A program made the translations under genes and the position numbers. A stretch of DNA of 63,581 nt, filler included. It is 5 parts of 5 records of this genome, joined end to end, with 100 filler letters (N's around TTAATTAATTAA, not from the genome) between each part and the next. Parts side by side here need not be neighbours in the genome. Positions count along the whole stretch, not along the records: positions 8,763 to 38,342 come from SRR20825010_33; positions 38,443 to 45,348 come from SRR20825010_34; 3 more parts are not named here. One strand, 5' to 3'. Of the stretch, positions 27,251 to 38,975 are shown piece by piece; the first letter of the stretch is position 1, and the number at the start of each line of letters is the position of its first letter. The notes under the pieces were generated by a model, which worked only from the letters and a program-made list of their open reading frames with translations, was not told the origin of the DNA and did not search any database.

Positions 27251-28777
27251 ATGAACATTAGTGAAATTGAAAATATTGAGTTAAAATTCTTGAGCCTAGA
27301 AGATTACCAAGAATTGAAGGAGACGATGATTGAAGTATATCATACCATGCCTGACTCATATTGGAGAGAAAATCAAATTAAGTCTTTAACGAGCAAATTT
27401 CCCGAAGGACAAATTGTCATTAAGATTAACGGTCAAATTGCGGGATGCGCGCTTTCTATTATTGTAGATTACAATTCATTCTCTAGTAATCATACTTACA
27501 GAGATGTGACTGGAGATTACTCTTTCAATACACATACTATTGACGGCGATATTTTATATGGCGTCGATGTATTCATCAAACCAGAATTCAGAGGTTTGCG
27601 CCTTGGAAGACGTTTATACGATTACCGTAAAGAACTTTGTGAGAAATTAAACCTTCGAGGAATCGTTTTTGGAGGAAGAATTCCAAACTACAAGAACTTT
27701 GTAAATGACCTTTCGCCGAAAGAATATATTGAGAAGGTAAAAAGGAAAGAAATTCATGATCCTGTCCTGAACTTCCAAATCTCTAATGACTTCCACCCTG
27801 CGCGTATTTTGAAAGGGTACTTGGAAGGCGATACAGATTCGAAGGAATTTGCCGTTCTATTAGAATGGGACAATATTTATTACGAAAAACCAACTGAAAA
27901 AGCGGAAACGAAGAAAAAAGTCGTTCGCTTAGGTCTCGTGCAGTGGCAAATGCGGAATTATAAGGATCTTGAAGAGATGATGCAGCAAGTCGAATTTTTC
28001 ATCGATTCTGTTTCAGGATATCGTGCAGATTTCGCCTTATTCCCAGAATTCTTTAACGCTCCGTTAATGGCGGAGAACAATCACATGTCGGAATCTGATT
28101 CTATCCGTGAGTTAGCATCGCATACTGAAAATATTATCGCGAAGTTTTCCGAATTTTCGATTTCATACAATATTAATATCATCACTGGTTCTATGCCAGA
28201 ATTGATCGGAAATGACCTATACAACGTAGGTTATCTTTGCCGAAGAGATGGGACGATTGAGCGCTATGAAAAACTACATGTTACCCCAGACGAAGCAAAA
28301 GTATGGGGAATGCAAGGTGGATCGAAACTTCAAACATTCGATACCGACTGCGGAAAAATTGGTGTCCTAATTTGTTATGATTCGGAGTTCCCTGAGTTGA
28401 GTCGCTTATTGGCGGACGATGGAATGGATATTTTGTTCGTGCCTTTCCTTACAGATACTCAAAATGGTTACTCGCGGGTGCGCAACTGTGCACAAGCCAG
28501 AGCAATTGAGAATGAATGTTACGTAGCTATCGCTGGAAGTGTAGGAAACCTCCCAAAAGTGCACAATATGGACATTCAATATGCTCAATCGATGGTTTTT
28601 ACTCCGTGTGATTTCTCTTTCCCTGCGAATGGAATAAAAGCGGAAGCAACTCCAAATACGGAAATGATCTTGATCGCTGACGTAGATATTGATTTACTGA
28701 GAGAACTCAACCAATTTGGAAGTGTAAGAAATATGAAAGATCGAAGAACTGATCTTTTTGAACTAAGAAAACGTTAA
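27251..28777 (+). CDS. GNAT + carbon-nitrogen hydrolase (nitrilase superfamily) fusion
   Basis: FRGLRLGRRL acetyl-CoA motif; FPE, YEKLH and ICYDSEFPE triad motifs. Confidence 0.93.
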   Translation: MNISEIENIELKFLSLEDYQELKETMIEVYHTMPDSYWRENQIKSLTSKFPEGQIVIKINGQIAGCALSIIVDYNSFSSNHTYRDVTGDYSFNTHTIDGDILYGVDVFIKPEFRGLRLGRRLYDYRKELCEKLNLRGIVFGGRIPNYKNFVNDLSPKEYIEKVKRKEIHDPVLNFQISNDFHPARILKGYLEGDTDSKEFAVLLEWDNIYYEKPTEKAETKKKVVRLGLVQWQMRNYKDLEEMMQQVEFFIDSVSGYRADFALFPEFFNAPLMAENNHMSESDSIRELASHTENIIAKFSEFSISYNINIITGSMPELIGNDLYNVGYLCRRDGTIERYEKLHVTPDEAKVWGMQGGSKLQTFDTDCGKIGVLICYDSEFPELSRLLADDGMDILFVPFLTDTQNGYSRVRNCAQARAIENECYVAIAGSVGNLPKVHNMDIQYAQSMVFTPCDFSFPANGIKAEATPNTEMILIADVDIDLLRELNQFGSVRNMKDRRTDLFELRKR

Positions 28778-28799
28778 TAAATGATCGTATCTTAATGCC

Positions 28800-29213
28800 A
28801 TGAAGTTAATTTGGTCTCTAAGCATAGCATCACTCGTATTGATCATAGCGGCTATGTTTTTACCATATTCACGATTGACGTTATACAATGAGTCACCCAT
28901 CGAAACTTTTGGGTACAACTACTCTATCGCACTGTTTCAAGTGATTTTTACGATTGTGATTTTTATGATTTCAACCATCGTTCGAAATAGAATCACCGCA
29001 GTCATTGCTTTTTCCTTGTGCTTTGGGTTTTCAATCTATTTTATTGTGTTATCGTATTTTATTAATCCAGTTGATTTGGGAATTGAAGGAGAATTCACCT
29101 ACGGAATCGGTTTATATGCTGCAGTGTTGTCGGCTATACTTTGCTGGTTCACTCACTTACTCAATGTTATTCGGATTTATCGCTCTGAAATAAATAAAGA
29201 AAACAGTTTATGA
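28800..29213 (+). CDS. Membrane protein, hypothetical
   Basis: Four TM segments; FLPY and GIGLY motifs. Confidence 0.65.
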   Translation: MKLIWSLSIASLVLIIAAMFLPYSRLTLYNESPIETFGYNYSIALFQVIFTIVIFMISTIVRNRITAVIAFSLCFGFSIYFIVLSYFINPVDLGIEGEFTYGIGLYAAVLSAILCWFTHLLNVIRIYRSEINKENSL

Positions 29214-29695
29214 AACATTTCCATTGGTTTGCACTTGCTTTGATTGTATTAATTGGGATTTCTCTGTTTTTACCTTATGAAACTCACGACTTTCAAGAAG
29301 GAGGATGGAAACATTCGGGCAAAATCACAGAAAGAAATATTCATCAGGCTGGGATCTCTATTTGGGGAGCGTACGTGCCGATTATTCTATTTCTTCTTCT
29401 TTCCTTTTTTATAATTCAATGGAAGAACGTCGCCGCGGCAATTATTGGATTGGTGGGAAGTGTTTTTTTATTGGTGTATGACGGAATAATGAAGATCTGG
29501 CTCACTTTTTCTTTGAATTTTGGCGGTGGACCTGTGAACAAGCACGTAAACCTCGGATTCTATTTACTTCTGTTTGCAACAATTGGTTTCATCGCGCTTA
29601 TGATCGTGAATTTGGTCGCGACGGTAAGAAATCGAAAAAGGCTAAATCAGCATCATTTACCCAACTCAAATTTATTGGATGATCTGCTCGATTAA
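29210..29695 (+). CDS. Membrane protein, hypothetical; probable paralogue of the previous gene
   Basis: FLPY and LGFY motifs; ATGA overlap. Confidence 0.65.
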   Translation: MKHFHWFALALIVLIGISLFLPYETHDFQEGGWKHSGKITERNIHQAGISIWGAYVPIILFLLLSFFIIQWKNVAAAIIGLVGSVFLLVYDGIMKIWLTFSLNFGGGPVNKHVNLGFYLLLFATIGFIALMIVNLVATVRNRKRLNQHHLPNSNLLDDLLD

Positions 29696-29869
29696 ACCGA
29701 AATTTTAGCCCTAAGTTATTGACAATTTGGTATTCGTAAAATTGCTGATAATTCATTCGTTTTTGTGTGCGTACGTGTCCGAACTATTCATACCTTTCGC
29801 CTAGTTTACAGAGGTCTCACAAACGGCGTGAAAGAACTTTAAACGACTAAAAATCAATCTATTTCTATT

Positions 29870-32020
29870 ATGATGTTGCCATTAAACATCTACGAAACCA
29901 CCCTGCCACTTACGAGTCCTGTACTCAAGTTTCTTGTAATTTTAGTGATTATTCTTTTTGCACCGCTTATCTTGAATAAGTTCAAGATTCCACCGTTGCT
30001 GGGATTGATCATTGCAGGAGCGGTAATTGGACCGTTTGGCACGAACTTAATTGAGCGTGATGGAAGTATCATCCTCTCCGGAACTGCAGGACTTTTTTAC
30101 ATCATGTTTCTCGCCGGTTTAGAGATCGACATGGCTGATTTTAAGAAGAATCGGAATAAGAGTATGGTTTTCGGGCTTCTTACTTTCACAATCCCCATGA
30201 CTCTCGGGATCTTCTCAACGCTCTATCTGCTAAATCTTTCATTGGTTTCTTCAGTGTTGCTCGCAAGTATGTATGCATCTCACACGTTAATCGCCTACCC
30301 GATTATTCGGAAATACGATATCGTAAAGAATCGCGCGGTTACCATTGCCGTTGGAGGAACAGTGATCACTGATATTCTAGCACTTTTAGTTCTTGCAATA
30401 ATTGTTGGGATGATGAAGGGAGAAATGGACCTGCATTTTTGGCTGAGATTAACAATTTCCACAGTTTCATTTGGATGCATCATATTATTCCTCTTCCCTA
30501 TTTTTGCTCGATGGTTTTTTAAACGCTTTCAAGACAGCGTAACTCAATACATTTTCGTACTCGTATTGGTTTACCTCGGTGCTGTACTTGCAGAGCTCGC
30601 AAGCATAGAAGGGATTGTTGGAGCGTTTTTAACTGGACTTGCATTAAATAGAATGATTCCGCATACTTCGCCGCTCATGAACCGTGTGGAATTTGTTGGA
30701 AACGCCATTTTTATTCCATTCTTCCTGATCGGTGTTGGAATGTTAATCGATTATCGGGTTTTTATAAAAGATACCGAAACCATCAAAGTGGCTGTTGTTA
30801 TGACGGTAGTCGCAACATTATCCAAATTTCTCGCGGCTTGGCTTACGCAGAAAACGTATCGCTTATCAAAAGATGAACGAAGGGTTATTTTTGGTTTAAG
30901 TAATGCACAAGCTGCAGCTACATTAGCAGCAGTTTTGATTGGATATAATTTGATTATTGGTGAAACAGAAACGGGAGAACCTATTCGATTACTCAATGAA
31001 AGTGTACTAAACGGAACTATCCTAATGATTCTTGTAACCTGCACGATAGCTTCATTTGTGGCGCAAAAAGGAGCGAAAAAAGTGGCAATGCTAGAACTCA
31101 ATGGACAAGAGATAAATGACATTGAACACATCGACAGGACACTTATTCCGTTGAATCAAGCCACAGTAATAGATGATTTAGTGAACCTTGGTGTCATGAT
31201 GAAATCCAAGAAAAACAAGGAAAGTTTCTACGGATTGAACGTCATTAATCAAAACTCAAATCATCAAGTAGCAGAAGATAACGCTAGAAAAGTTCTTTCA
31301 AAGGCTGCTGTTTCTGCCGCGGCTACGGACACCAACTTTAGGGAATTAATTCGCTACGATTTGAATATTATCAACGGTATTTCTGGTGTAATAAATGAGC
31401 ATAAAATCACAGATTTGATTCTAGCCGCTCGTGCACTTGAAAATGGAACGAACTCATTTCACGGAAAATTAATCGATGACATCTTGAAAAAATGTCCTGT
31501 AACCGCATTTATTTTTAAGCCAAGTCAACCTTTAACTACAATTAAGCGACATGTAATTGTGATTCCACCAAACGCTCAAGAAGAAATAGGCTTCCCGTTT
31601 TGGTTGGTGAAAGTTTGGAATTTAGCGAGGAATTCTGGTGTCAAACTTGTGTTCTATGGCACAGATGAAACACTCAATTTTATAAAGGAAGTTCATGAAC
31701 AGCATCCGATTCATGCAGATTTCGTGCCTTTCAACGATTATGAAGATTTCTTGATCATTTCTACTGATTTCCAAGCAGACGACAATTTAATTGTGGTTTT
31801 AAGTCGAAAAGAAAACGTCTCTTATCACAAAATGATGGACAAAATCCCTGGCTACTTAAACAAGTACTTTAAGGACAAAAGTGTTCTCGTGATCTATCCG
31901 AAACAGGAAAACATGAGCGAATCTGAGAAGTTGAATCTAACAAATCCAACATTTATGGAGCCATTCGAAAAACTTGATGACATTAGAAAGACCTTTGTTA
32001 AGATGCTGCTAAAGAAGTAG
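29870..32020 (+). CDS. Cation:proton antiporter (CPA2) with a C-terminal USP-like region
   Basis: MFLAGLE, GAFLTGL and FIPFFLIGVG motifs, many TMs, soluble C-terminus. Confidence 0.92.
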   Translation: MMLPLNIYETTLPLTSPVLKFLVILVIILFAPLILNKFKIPPLLGLIIAGAVIGPFGTNLIERDGSIILSGTAGLFYIMFLAGLEIDMADFKKNRNKSMVFGLLTFTIPMTLGIFSTLYLLNLSLVSSVLLASMYASHTLIAYPIIRKYDIVKNRAVTIAVGGTVITDILALLVLAIIVGMMKGEMDLHFWLRLTISTVSFGCIILFLFPIFARWFFKRFQDSVTQYIFVLVLVYLGAVLAELASIEGIVGAFLTGLALNRMIPHTSPLMNRVEFVGNAIFIPFFLIGVGMLIDYRVFIKDTETIKVAVVMTVVATLSKFLAAWLTQKTYRLSKDERRVIFGLSNAQAAATLAAVLIGYNLIIGETETGEPIRLLNESVLNGTILMILVTCTIASFVAQKGAKKVAMLELNGQEINDIEHIDRTLIPLNQATVIDDLVNLGVMMKSKKNKESFYGLNVINQNSNHQVAEDNARKVLSKAAVSAAATDTNFRELIRYDLNIINGISGVINEHKITDLILAARALENGTNSFHGKLIDDILKKCPVTAFIFKPSQPLTTIKRHVIVIPPNAQEEIGFPFWLVKVWNLARNSGVKLVFYGTDETLNFIKEVHEQHPIHADFVPFNDYEDFLIISTDFQADDNLIVVLSRKENVSYHKMMDKIPGYLNKYFKDKSVLVIYPKQENMSESEKLNLTNPTFMEPFEKLDDIRKTFVKMLLKK

Positions 32021-32110
32021 ATATTGTGATTTGGAGAACTTTTGCGTGAAAGATTTCGTAGTATGATTCAGTGATTTGACTTATATTTGAGAGAATCAAA
32101 AACACGAATT

Positions 32111-32620
32111 ATGTTTCCTAACATCCTAGTAGTACTAGCTTCTGCCCTCATTCCATTGTTTGTAGGGTTCATTTATTACAACAAGAACGTTCTTGGCACA
32201 GCTTGGATAAAAGCTTGCGGAATCTCTCAGGAAAAGATCGATAGCGCCAAAGGTTCACGAATGTTATTAATCTTCGGACTTACGTTCATATTGAGTTGCA
32301 TGTTCTCTCTAATGCTTTTCAGTCTTGTAGTCCATCAAACAGATTTGTATTCAATGGTGATGAATGAGCCTGGATTCGGTCAAGAAGGATCAGCGGTTAT
32401 GAATGATGTTAACTCTTGGATGGATGCTTATGGAACTAATTTTAGAACGTTTAAGCACGGTGCGTTTCATGGGATACTTATTGGCTTGTTTGTCGCATTT
32501 CCAATTATTGGAATCAACGCGTTGTTTGAGCGTCGAAATGCAAAGTATATTTTCATCAATGTAGGTTTCTGGGTGATTTGCCTCGCTCTTATGGGTGGAA
32601 CGCTTTGTGAATTGGGCTAA
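32111..32620 (+). CDS. DUF1761-like membrane protein
   Basis: GFIYY...LGTAW, FRTFKHGAFHG and INVGFW motifs; -7 box TATATTTG at 32082-32089. Confidence 0.75.
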   Translation: MFPNILVVLASALIPLFVGFIYYNKNVLGTAWIKACGISQEKIDSAKGSRMLLIFGLTFILSCMFSLMLFSLVVHQTDLYSMVMNEPGFGQEGSAVMNDVNSWMDAYGTNFRTFKHGAFHGILIGLFVAFPIIGINALFERRNAKYIFINVGFWVICLALMGGTLCELG

Positions 32621-32623
32621 AAC

Positions 32624-33262
32624 TCACTTCTTTCTTGTGATTAAAACTATAACGATTATGATCAAAGTGATGACGATCAATATAACAATCGTTCTTAGTA
32701 TTTGAGTTACACCAGAGGTTTTCTTTTCTATTCTTTCTGAAAGCTTACTATTCGATCTGTCCGGGATATTCAGTTCAAATGATTCAAGAAAATAAGTTCG
32801 ATCTACGCTGCTCTCTTCCCAATTACTTGCTAAAGTTTTACTTGATAGTGAATAGATAATTCCTTCTATATCAATGGATTTTATTTCGTATTTATAGAGT
32901 TCTGAATCTCTTCCGAATCCTTCGCAGATAAATTGCACACCAATGTAACCTTTCAAATTAAAATAATTACTCTCAACTATTTTTGAGTACGTTGAGTTTA
33001 AAAAACCTTGCTTAAATTGATCATAGAATTTTCGAATCTCTTCTGGCTTACGATAATTCAAGAAACTCCCAGAAAGTATAGCTGTAGCAGTATAGACTAC
33101 TCCGTCACTCTGAGATAGAAAGACTTTTTTATCTTCGATTACGTTCACTTCAGCTTCGGAAGGGAAAAACAAAATAGCCTCTTTGGATAAGCGAGTTTTC
33201 ACCCAATCTTCTTGACTAAATGAAAATGAGGATGCCAGAATAAATATGAGTATAAGCTTCAT
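32624..33262 (-). CDS. Hypothetical protein with signal peptide and C-terminal TM anchor
   Basis: Hydrophobic segments at both termini. Confidence 0.65.
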   Translation of the reverse strand: MKLILIFILASSFSFSQEDWVKTRLSKEAILFFPSEAEVNVIEDKKVFLSQSDGVVYTATAILSGSFLNYRKPEEIRKFYDQFKQGFLNSTYSKIVESNYFNLKGYIGVQFICEGFGRDSELYKYEIKSIDIEGIIYSLSSKTLASNWEESSVDRTYFLESFELNIPDRSNSKLSERIEKKTSGVTQILRTIVILIVITLIIIVIVLITRKK

Positions 33263-33279
33263 TTTTTCTTAAAATTGTT

Positions 33280-34425
33280 TCATTTCCCTGTAACGCGTGT
33301 TGCCAAATTACTCATGGCGTTCCCAATTCCACCTTTTATCTCAGGTTGATCTCTTTCTACTCTCGCCTTTCCTTTGGAATCTACATAAATGCGGTAGTTC
33401 CACAAAAAAGGAGATTGATCTTCGTCGAACCCGAACTGTCCAAAACGCAAATCTGTGAACAGCAAATAACCGTCCATTTGAGTCACCGTGTACCAACCTA
33501 CAGCAATATGCAACAATTGTTTAATTTGTTTTTGATCCTTAATTGGATTCAATAAGTGATGATTTTTAGGATATTCGTGCGAAAAAGTGATCGTTTTTGC
33601 ATCATCAAAGATGGAATAATAGCCAACTCGGTAGCCCGTTTTTGTCTCGACTTGTGCATTCCATAAAAAGCTATTTAGCGGCGTTGGTTTTGTATTCAAA
33701 TCAACGTAATCTATGCCTTGCGCTTCTAAGTTTTCTTCGAAATGTGAAAATCCAATTCCTTTAAATACGAATGTTAACAACATATAGAACGTGCTCACGA
33801 TAAGTCCAGCATTATTGAATTTTCGTCGTTTTGGATTCGTTTTCTTCATGAAAAGAGCAATCATTAAGAAAATCAAGAAAGGGAGAGTATAGAGCGGATC
33901 GACTACGAAAATGTTGTCGTATGCCAAACGATAATCGAACGGCCAAAAGAACTGTGTTCCCCACGTCGTATGTGCGTCAAGCAAAGGATGCGTCACTAAA
34001 CTCCAGAAAAATAGCTTCGTCCAATCCCATTTTGTGGCTGGAGTATATTCTCGCTTGTTTCTCAATAGTAAAAATGAAACTCCCGCGAGCACTACTAAAA
34101 TGATGACCTGCGCGATTGAATTGCTCAATGTTGCCGTCATACCGATTAGCAAAACTGCGACAAAGCCAGTTAACGTCCACTTCTCTCGTTTATGAACCAA
34201 CCAGGCGAGAATCGGAGCCATAAGCAGAGAGAAAAACAAGGAATGGGAAATTCCCCTATGCAATTCTGTCGAAGTTAATTCATCAGTGAAAAGTTTGATG
34301 AAAACGTCTAAGTCTGGAATAGTTCCTGCAACCGCTCCCCAGAGCATCGCGCGATTTCCTATTTTTTTTCCGAGTACTGCTTCGCCAACGGCCGCTCCAA
34401 GTACGATTTGTGTTAATGAATCCAT
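33280..34425 (-). CDS. Membrane metal-dependent hydrolase (YdjM-like)
   Basis: MDSLTQ, GTIPDLD, HRGISHS and THPLLDAHTTWG motifs. Confidence 0.9.
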   Translation of the reverse strand: MDSLTQIVLGAAVGEAVLGKKIGNRAMLWGAVAGTIPDLDVFIKLFTDELTSTELHRGISHSLFFSLLMAPILAWLVHKREKWTLTGFVAVLLIGMTATLSNSIAQVIILVVLAGVSFLLLRNKREYTPATKWDWTKLFFWSLVTHPLLDAHTTWGTQFFWPFDYRLAYDNIFVVDPLYTLPFLIFLMIALFMKKTNPKRRKFNNAGLIVSTFYMLLTFVFKGIGFSHFEENLEAQGIDYVDLNTKPTPLNSFLWNAQVETKTGYRVGYYSIFDDAKTITFSHEYPKNHHLLNPIKDQKQIKQLLHIAVGWYTVTQMDGYLLFTDLRFGQFGFDEDQSPFLWNYRIYVDSKGKARVERDQPEIKGGIGNAMSNLATRVTGK

Positions 34426-35618
34426 TAATGCGTGAAATTTGCTTTGAAAGGAGTTCGCAATTCGAACTCACTTGGAGATATTGAATTTACAATCGGCTTG
34501 AGAAGTAGATTGGATACACTCTTCCGATGTTTTACGTATAATTTCATATTTACGGGTAATGCCCCAATCTGACTCTTGACCAATTCAGCTGTTCTTCCGA
34601 GTTGAAGTTCTCGGACTTGTCGCTCTAACGCTTGTTCTACATAATCATAAAGAAGTCGCTGATAAACAGAATAATCTACGTTACAGTCGTAATCTATGCC
34701 TACAAAATTGGATTCTAGAATGTCATTGTTGATAAACGACGTGCTAAATCCAACCATTTCTTCGTCCTTAAAAAGCGCTCGAAAGCAAAAATTATCCTTC
34801 AAAAGCTTACTAAAATTGACAAATGCTTCCACTTTTAGGCCTCCAACGCTAAATTCTGATTTCATCAAGACGTTCGAAAACAAAAAATCGATTCTTTCAG
34901 AATGAGCGATAATTTCGTCTGTTGACAATGTTCTAATGGTCAGTATTTGCGACTTTTTATAAACGCTTTTCGCGCGTGTTCGATACTTGGTTGTCATGCT
35001 GGACAAATAATCCTGCATAGTCTTCCACTCCGGATGAATTTTCAAGACCATGTTTACATCAATCATGAAATCACGATAACTGCGCGTTTTCAACAAATCG
35101 CTGGCTTGTGTTGAAGTTGGCCAGAACTCTTTGAAGAGAGTAATTGAAGCTTTTTCTTTTATTACAGGATCTTTTTTCAGTTCCTCAATCGTGTCTGCAA
35201 CTTCATTTATGGCTTGATCAGCACTTAGACTTGAGTCCCACATGAATCCGTTTTCTCCGTCGCTAAAAACATTCCCACAAACGAGCACGTTAATTGTTTG
35301 GATATCCAATAATTTCTTGTGTAAGTGATACGAGAGCTTGCACAATAAATCAGCGTATTTATTTCGTTTATCTTTAAAAGTAACCAGCTGATAAACACAA
35401 CATAATACAGCTTTTCCTTTAGCGTTAAATGAAATGGAATAAAAGAAATTAATTTCATCTTTCATTGCACTTTCCAATGCCGTTAGATAGTTAATGGACA
35501 GGTAGATATTCCCAGCATCGACCACACTTTGCCATTGTTCTTTAGGCACATCAAGAACCGAATAGAATACTCTTCGCGTAAACTTAGAAGATACAGACTC
35601 GCTTTTATTCATGATCAA
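34425..35618 (-). CDS. FemAB-like/GNAT-fold protein
   Basis: YLSSMTTKYRTR, FVGIDY and LQLGRTA...KSQIGA motifs. Confidence 0.75.
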   Translation of the reverse strand: MIMNKSESVSSKFTRRVFYSVLDVPKEQWQSVVDAGNIYLSINYLTALESAMKDEINFFYSISFNAKGKAVLCCVYQLVTFKDKRNKYADLLCKLSYHLHKKLLDIQTINVLVCGNVFSDGENGFMWDSSLSADQAINEVADTIEELKKDPVIKEKASITLFKEFWPTSTQASDLLKTRSYRDFMIDVNMVLKIHPEWKTMQDYLSSMTTKYRTRAKSVYKKSQILTIRTLSTDEIIAHSERIDFLFSNVLMKSEFSVGGLKVEAFVNFSKLLKDNFCFRALFKDEEMVGFSTSFINNDILESNFVGIDYDCNVDYSVYQRLLYDYVEQALERQVRELQLGRTAELVKSQIGALPVNMKLYVKHRKSVSNLLLKPIVNSISPSEFELRTPFKANFTH

Positions 35619-36449
35619 TTAATCGAAATCAAAAATACAGAATAATTAACCGCTATAGTGTAAATGGAATCTCTGTCTTAACTTTAATTCACATAAAAAA
35701 GAACCTCATAAATGAGGCCTTGAAATAAATGTGTATGTAGGCTGAACTCTGTCGTTTGAGTCTCGTTATCATCTTTGATATGACGATCAGTGTATCTCAG
35801 TTTCAATTTACGTAACAATTGAAAATGGCAATCAAATTAAATGTGTAAATAGCTACTAATCAAGGTGATAAATTTTAAACATTGTTTTTTTATCGTGTTT
35901 TTAATCATTAAATAGTAATAATTTTAACACTTTGAAGGTTTACTTTCTCAAAATTGAGAAAAATGTAGGACATAATTATAAAATGCCTACTGGACAGTTT
36001 TTGAAATTAATATTTTATGCTTACTTTCGAATTAATGCATACGTAACCACTTGTATCACAAGGTTTAACAACCTAAGTTAAAGACAATAATGCTTTACCG
36101 TTACATGAAACTAAGCCAAAAAGAAAGGTGCTAGATTGAAAACCTTTCAAAAAAAATAAAGTTGTACTAGCAAAAATGCAAGCACGACACTTCGCAATGT
36201 AGTATGCCGAAAATGCAATTGCGAAGGAAGTCAAATCAGAGTAGGCAATAACCACTATACCTAAATTGATATGAATGTATCAAAACCACTTGTCAAAGCC
36301 AGGAATGTTATCGAAAAAATAGGCTTTTATTGAGTCAGTTTGTCGGCCTATGGAAAATGAATCCTGCAGAATATCGACATACAACCAATAGAGGTATTCA
36401 GTATGCAGGCATGAATCACAAACATTACTAATATTAAAAACTATTTAAT

Positions 36450-38342
36450 ATGAAAATTAAATTTATACCCAGAAAAAATAACTGGGGAATGTTACTCCTT
36501 ATGTGTACATTTCTCTTCGCATCAACCTCTTTCGGGCAAAGCGATTACTTCTATTACTACAAAGGCGAAAAAATAGCCCTCGAATTGAATCCGAAAGCAT
36601 TCACCGTTTCAGTCTTCGAAAACTTTCGTAAAGAAAACTTAAACGACTTAAACCTAAAGGATTTCAAGCTAGAAGCTGATCGAAGTCAAAACAAGGTTTC
36701 TAATCTGCGTTATGCGGAAATTCAGTTCGAAACACCCCTCACGAACGCCGAGTATCTAGCGAGTTTAGAGCGTATTAAAAAAAGTCAAGGTATCAGAACA
36801 GTTTATCCAAGTTTCAAGAGTGAAACAGGTACTGAAATAGGATTATCTGATTACATCTACGTTAAACTCCAAAACGCAGGAGATTTTGATGTTTTAGAAG
36901 CACAAGCTGCTAAATATGATCTAACAATCGTTGAGCAAAATAAGTACATGCCACTTTGGTATACTTTGCGCTGTTCAGAAAGCACCAAGTATTCATCGCT
37001 TGAAGTAGCGAATAGAATGTTTGAAACAGAATTATTTGTATCATCCGTTGCTGATTTAATGACACACGATGACATTGAGTGCACGAATGATCCAGATTTT
37101 AATCAATTGTGGGGCTTGTCAAACACATTAGACCCAAGTGCAGATGTAAATGCTTGTGACGCGTGGACAATTACTGAAGGAAGTGGAGTAAACGTGGCTG
37201 TTTTAGATCAAGGTATTGAATTAACACACATTGATTTAGCAGCCAACATCTCCCCTTCAAGCTACGATACAGAATCCAACACCTCTCCTAGTCAAATATT
37301 TGGTGACCACGGAACACATTGTGCTGGAACGGTAGGAGCAGTTGGTGATAACAACACACAAGTAGTGGGAATAGCACCGGAATGTACCTTGGTTTCAATC
37401 AGTAATTCACTTGCATCGACACCTAACAGTAGACAGAAAAGAGCCGATGGTTTTAACTGGGCCGTTCTCAATGGAGTTGACGTCGTAAGTAATTCGTGGG
37501 GATCTGGTGTTCAATATCAAATAATTGATGATGCCATAGAAAATGCCTTGATCAATGGACGCGGTGGTCTCGGATGTATTGTCGTATTTTCTGCTGGAAA
37601 CAACAATGGTAACCCTGTAAGCTACCCAGCGAATGCCATGCCAGGAATTCTTGCTGTTGGATCAATCACATCAACTGGCGCTAGATCAAGCTTTTCAAAT
37701 ATTGGTACTGACCTAGATGTAGTAGCACCAGGAAGTAGTATCTTCTCTACTGTTTTAAACGACGGAACTGGATATAAAAGTGGAACATCAATGGCATGTC
37801 CGCATGTTGCTGGTTTAGCCGCATTGATTTTATCAGTGAATCCTTGTTTAACAGGACTTCAAGTAAATGACATCATCGAACAGAGTTCACAGAAAAGTGG
37901 AGGGTACGCATACGCACCTACTTTAGGACGGCCTAATGGAGATTGGAACAACGAAATGGGCTACGGCTTGATTGACGCGCACGCAGCAGTACTGTTGGCT
38001 CAATCGACAAGTTGTATTTCTTCGTGTAGTGCAACTGTTACCACCTTCCCATACAACGAATCATTTGAAACTGATTTCGGTAATTGGGAACAATCAGCGA
38101 GCGATGATTTTGATTGGACACGAAACTCTGGTGGTACTTCCTCATTAAATACGGGGCCATCGGCAGCATCAGATGGAAGTTTCTATGCTTACGTGGAATC
38201 ATCTTTACCAAATCATCCAAATAAAACAACCATTTTGAACAGCCCATGCTTTGATTTATCAAATCAACAAGGGACAAATCTCAGTTTTTCTTACCACATG
38301 TATGGTGCATCAATGGGGAAATTAGAGTTGGAAGTAACCGAC
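36450..38342 (+). CDS. S8 subtilisin-like serine protease with a MAM-like domain, 3' truncated
   Basis: VAVLDQG, HGTHCAG and SGTSMACPHVAG triad motifs; DDFDW...TGP...YHMYG. Confidence 0.95.
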
Positions 38343-38442
38343 NNNNNNNNNNNNNNNNNNNNNNNNNNNNNNNNNNNNNNNNNNNNTTAATTAATTAANN
38401 NNNNNNNNNNNNNNNNNNNNNNNNNNNNNNNNNNNNNNNNNN
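38343..38442. other. Artificial contig linker
   Basis: N-run + TTAATTAATTAA + N-run. Confidence 0.99.
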
Positions 38443-38975
38443 GCGTCGATTAAACCAGCCTGCAATGCCCCCACCATTCGAATGGGCGGCACCACTTCAA
38501 AACGTACATCGTGATCAGGGTCCACATCGTTTAATCGCAGCCAGCGACGAAGCTGCAAAGTGTGCATGGAAAACGGAAACACCGTTCCAAAAACCATGGT
38601 CCGTTCGTCGCGCGACTTGCCCGCCCTTAACACCGAACCAAGCGTTTGGCCCTGCACCAAACTGGCCAGCACACCGGCCAGTTGCTTGTTCACGGTGATG
38701 GCATTGCCACCCCGATTCAGCACCACAGGGGCCAGCACATCTTTTCTGGGCGAACCGCCCAAACCCAATTGCAACGCAATCGCCATGGGCGAAAGCATGT
38801 GCGCAGCATCAATTTCCCCAAACGCCAGCTTGTCGCGCAGCGTGGCCCAGGAAGGCTGCTTGACCAAACGCACCGACAAATTTTCGGCCTGGAAAAAATC
38901 CATGTGCTGGGCCACCACAAAGGGTGCAGAATCGGTCAGCGCAATCACACCAATGCGAATGTCCTGCTGCATCAC
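38443..38975 (-). CDS. NrtA/CmpA-like nitrate-binding protein (NasS-like), 3' truncated
   Basis: IALTDSAP, SWATLRDKL..GEIDAAHML and VFPFSMH motifs; no signal peptide; overlaps the ANTAR gene. Confidence 0.82.

Noticed and set aside
35619-36449. 830-nt intergenic region as a possible riboswitch or sORF locus
   Set aside because: I found no recognisable RNA motif, repeat or convincing ORF.
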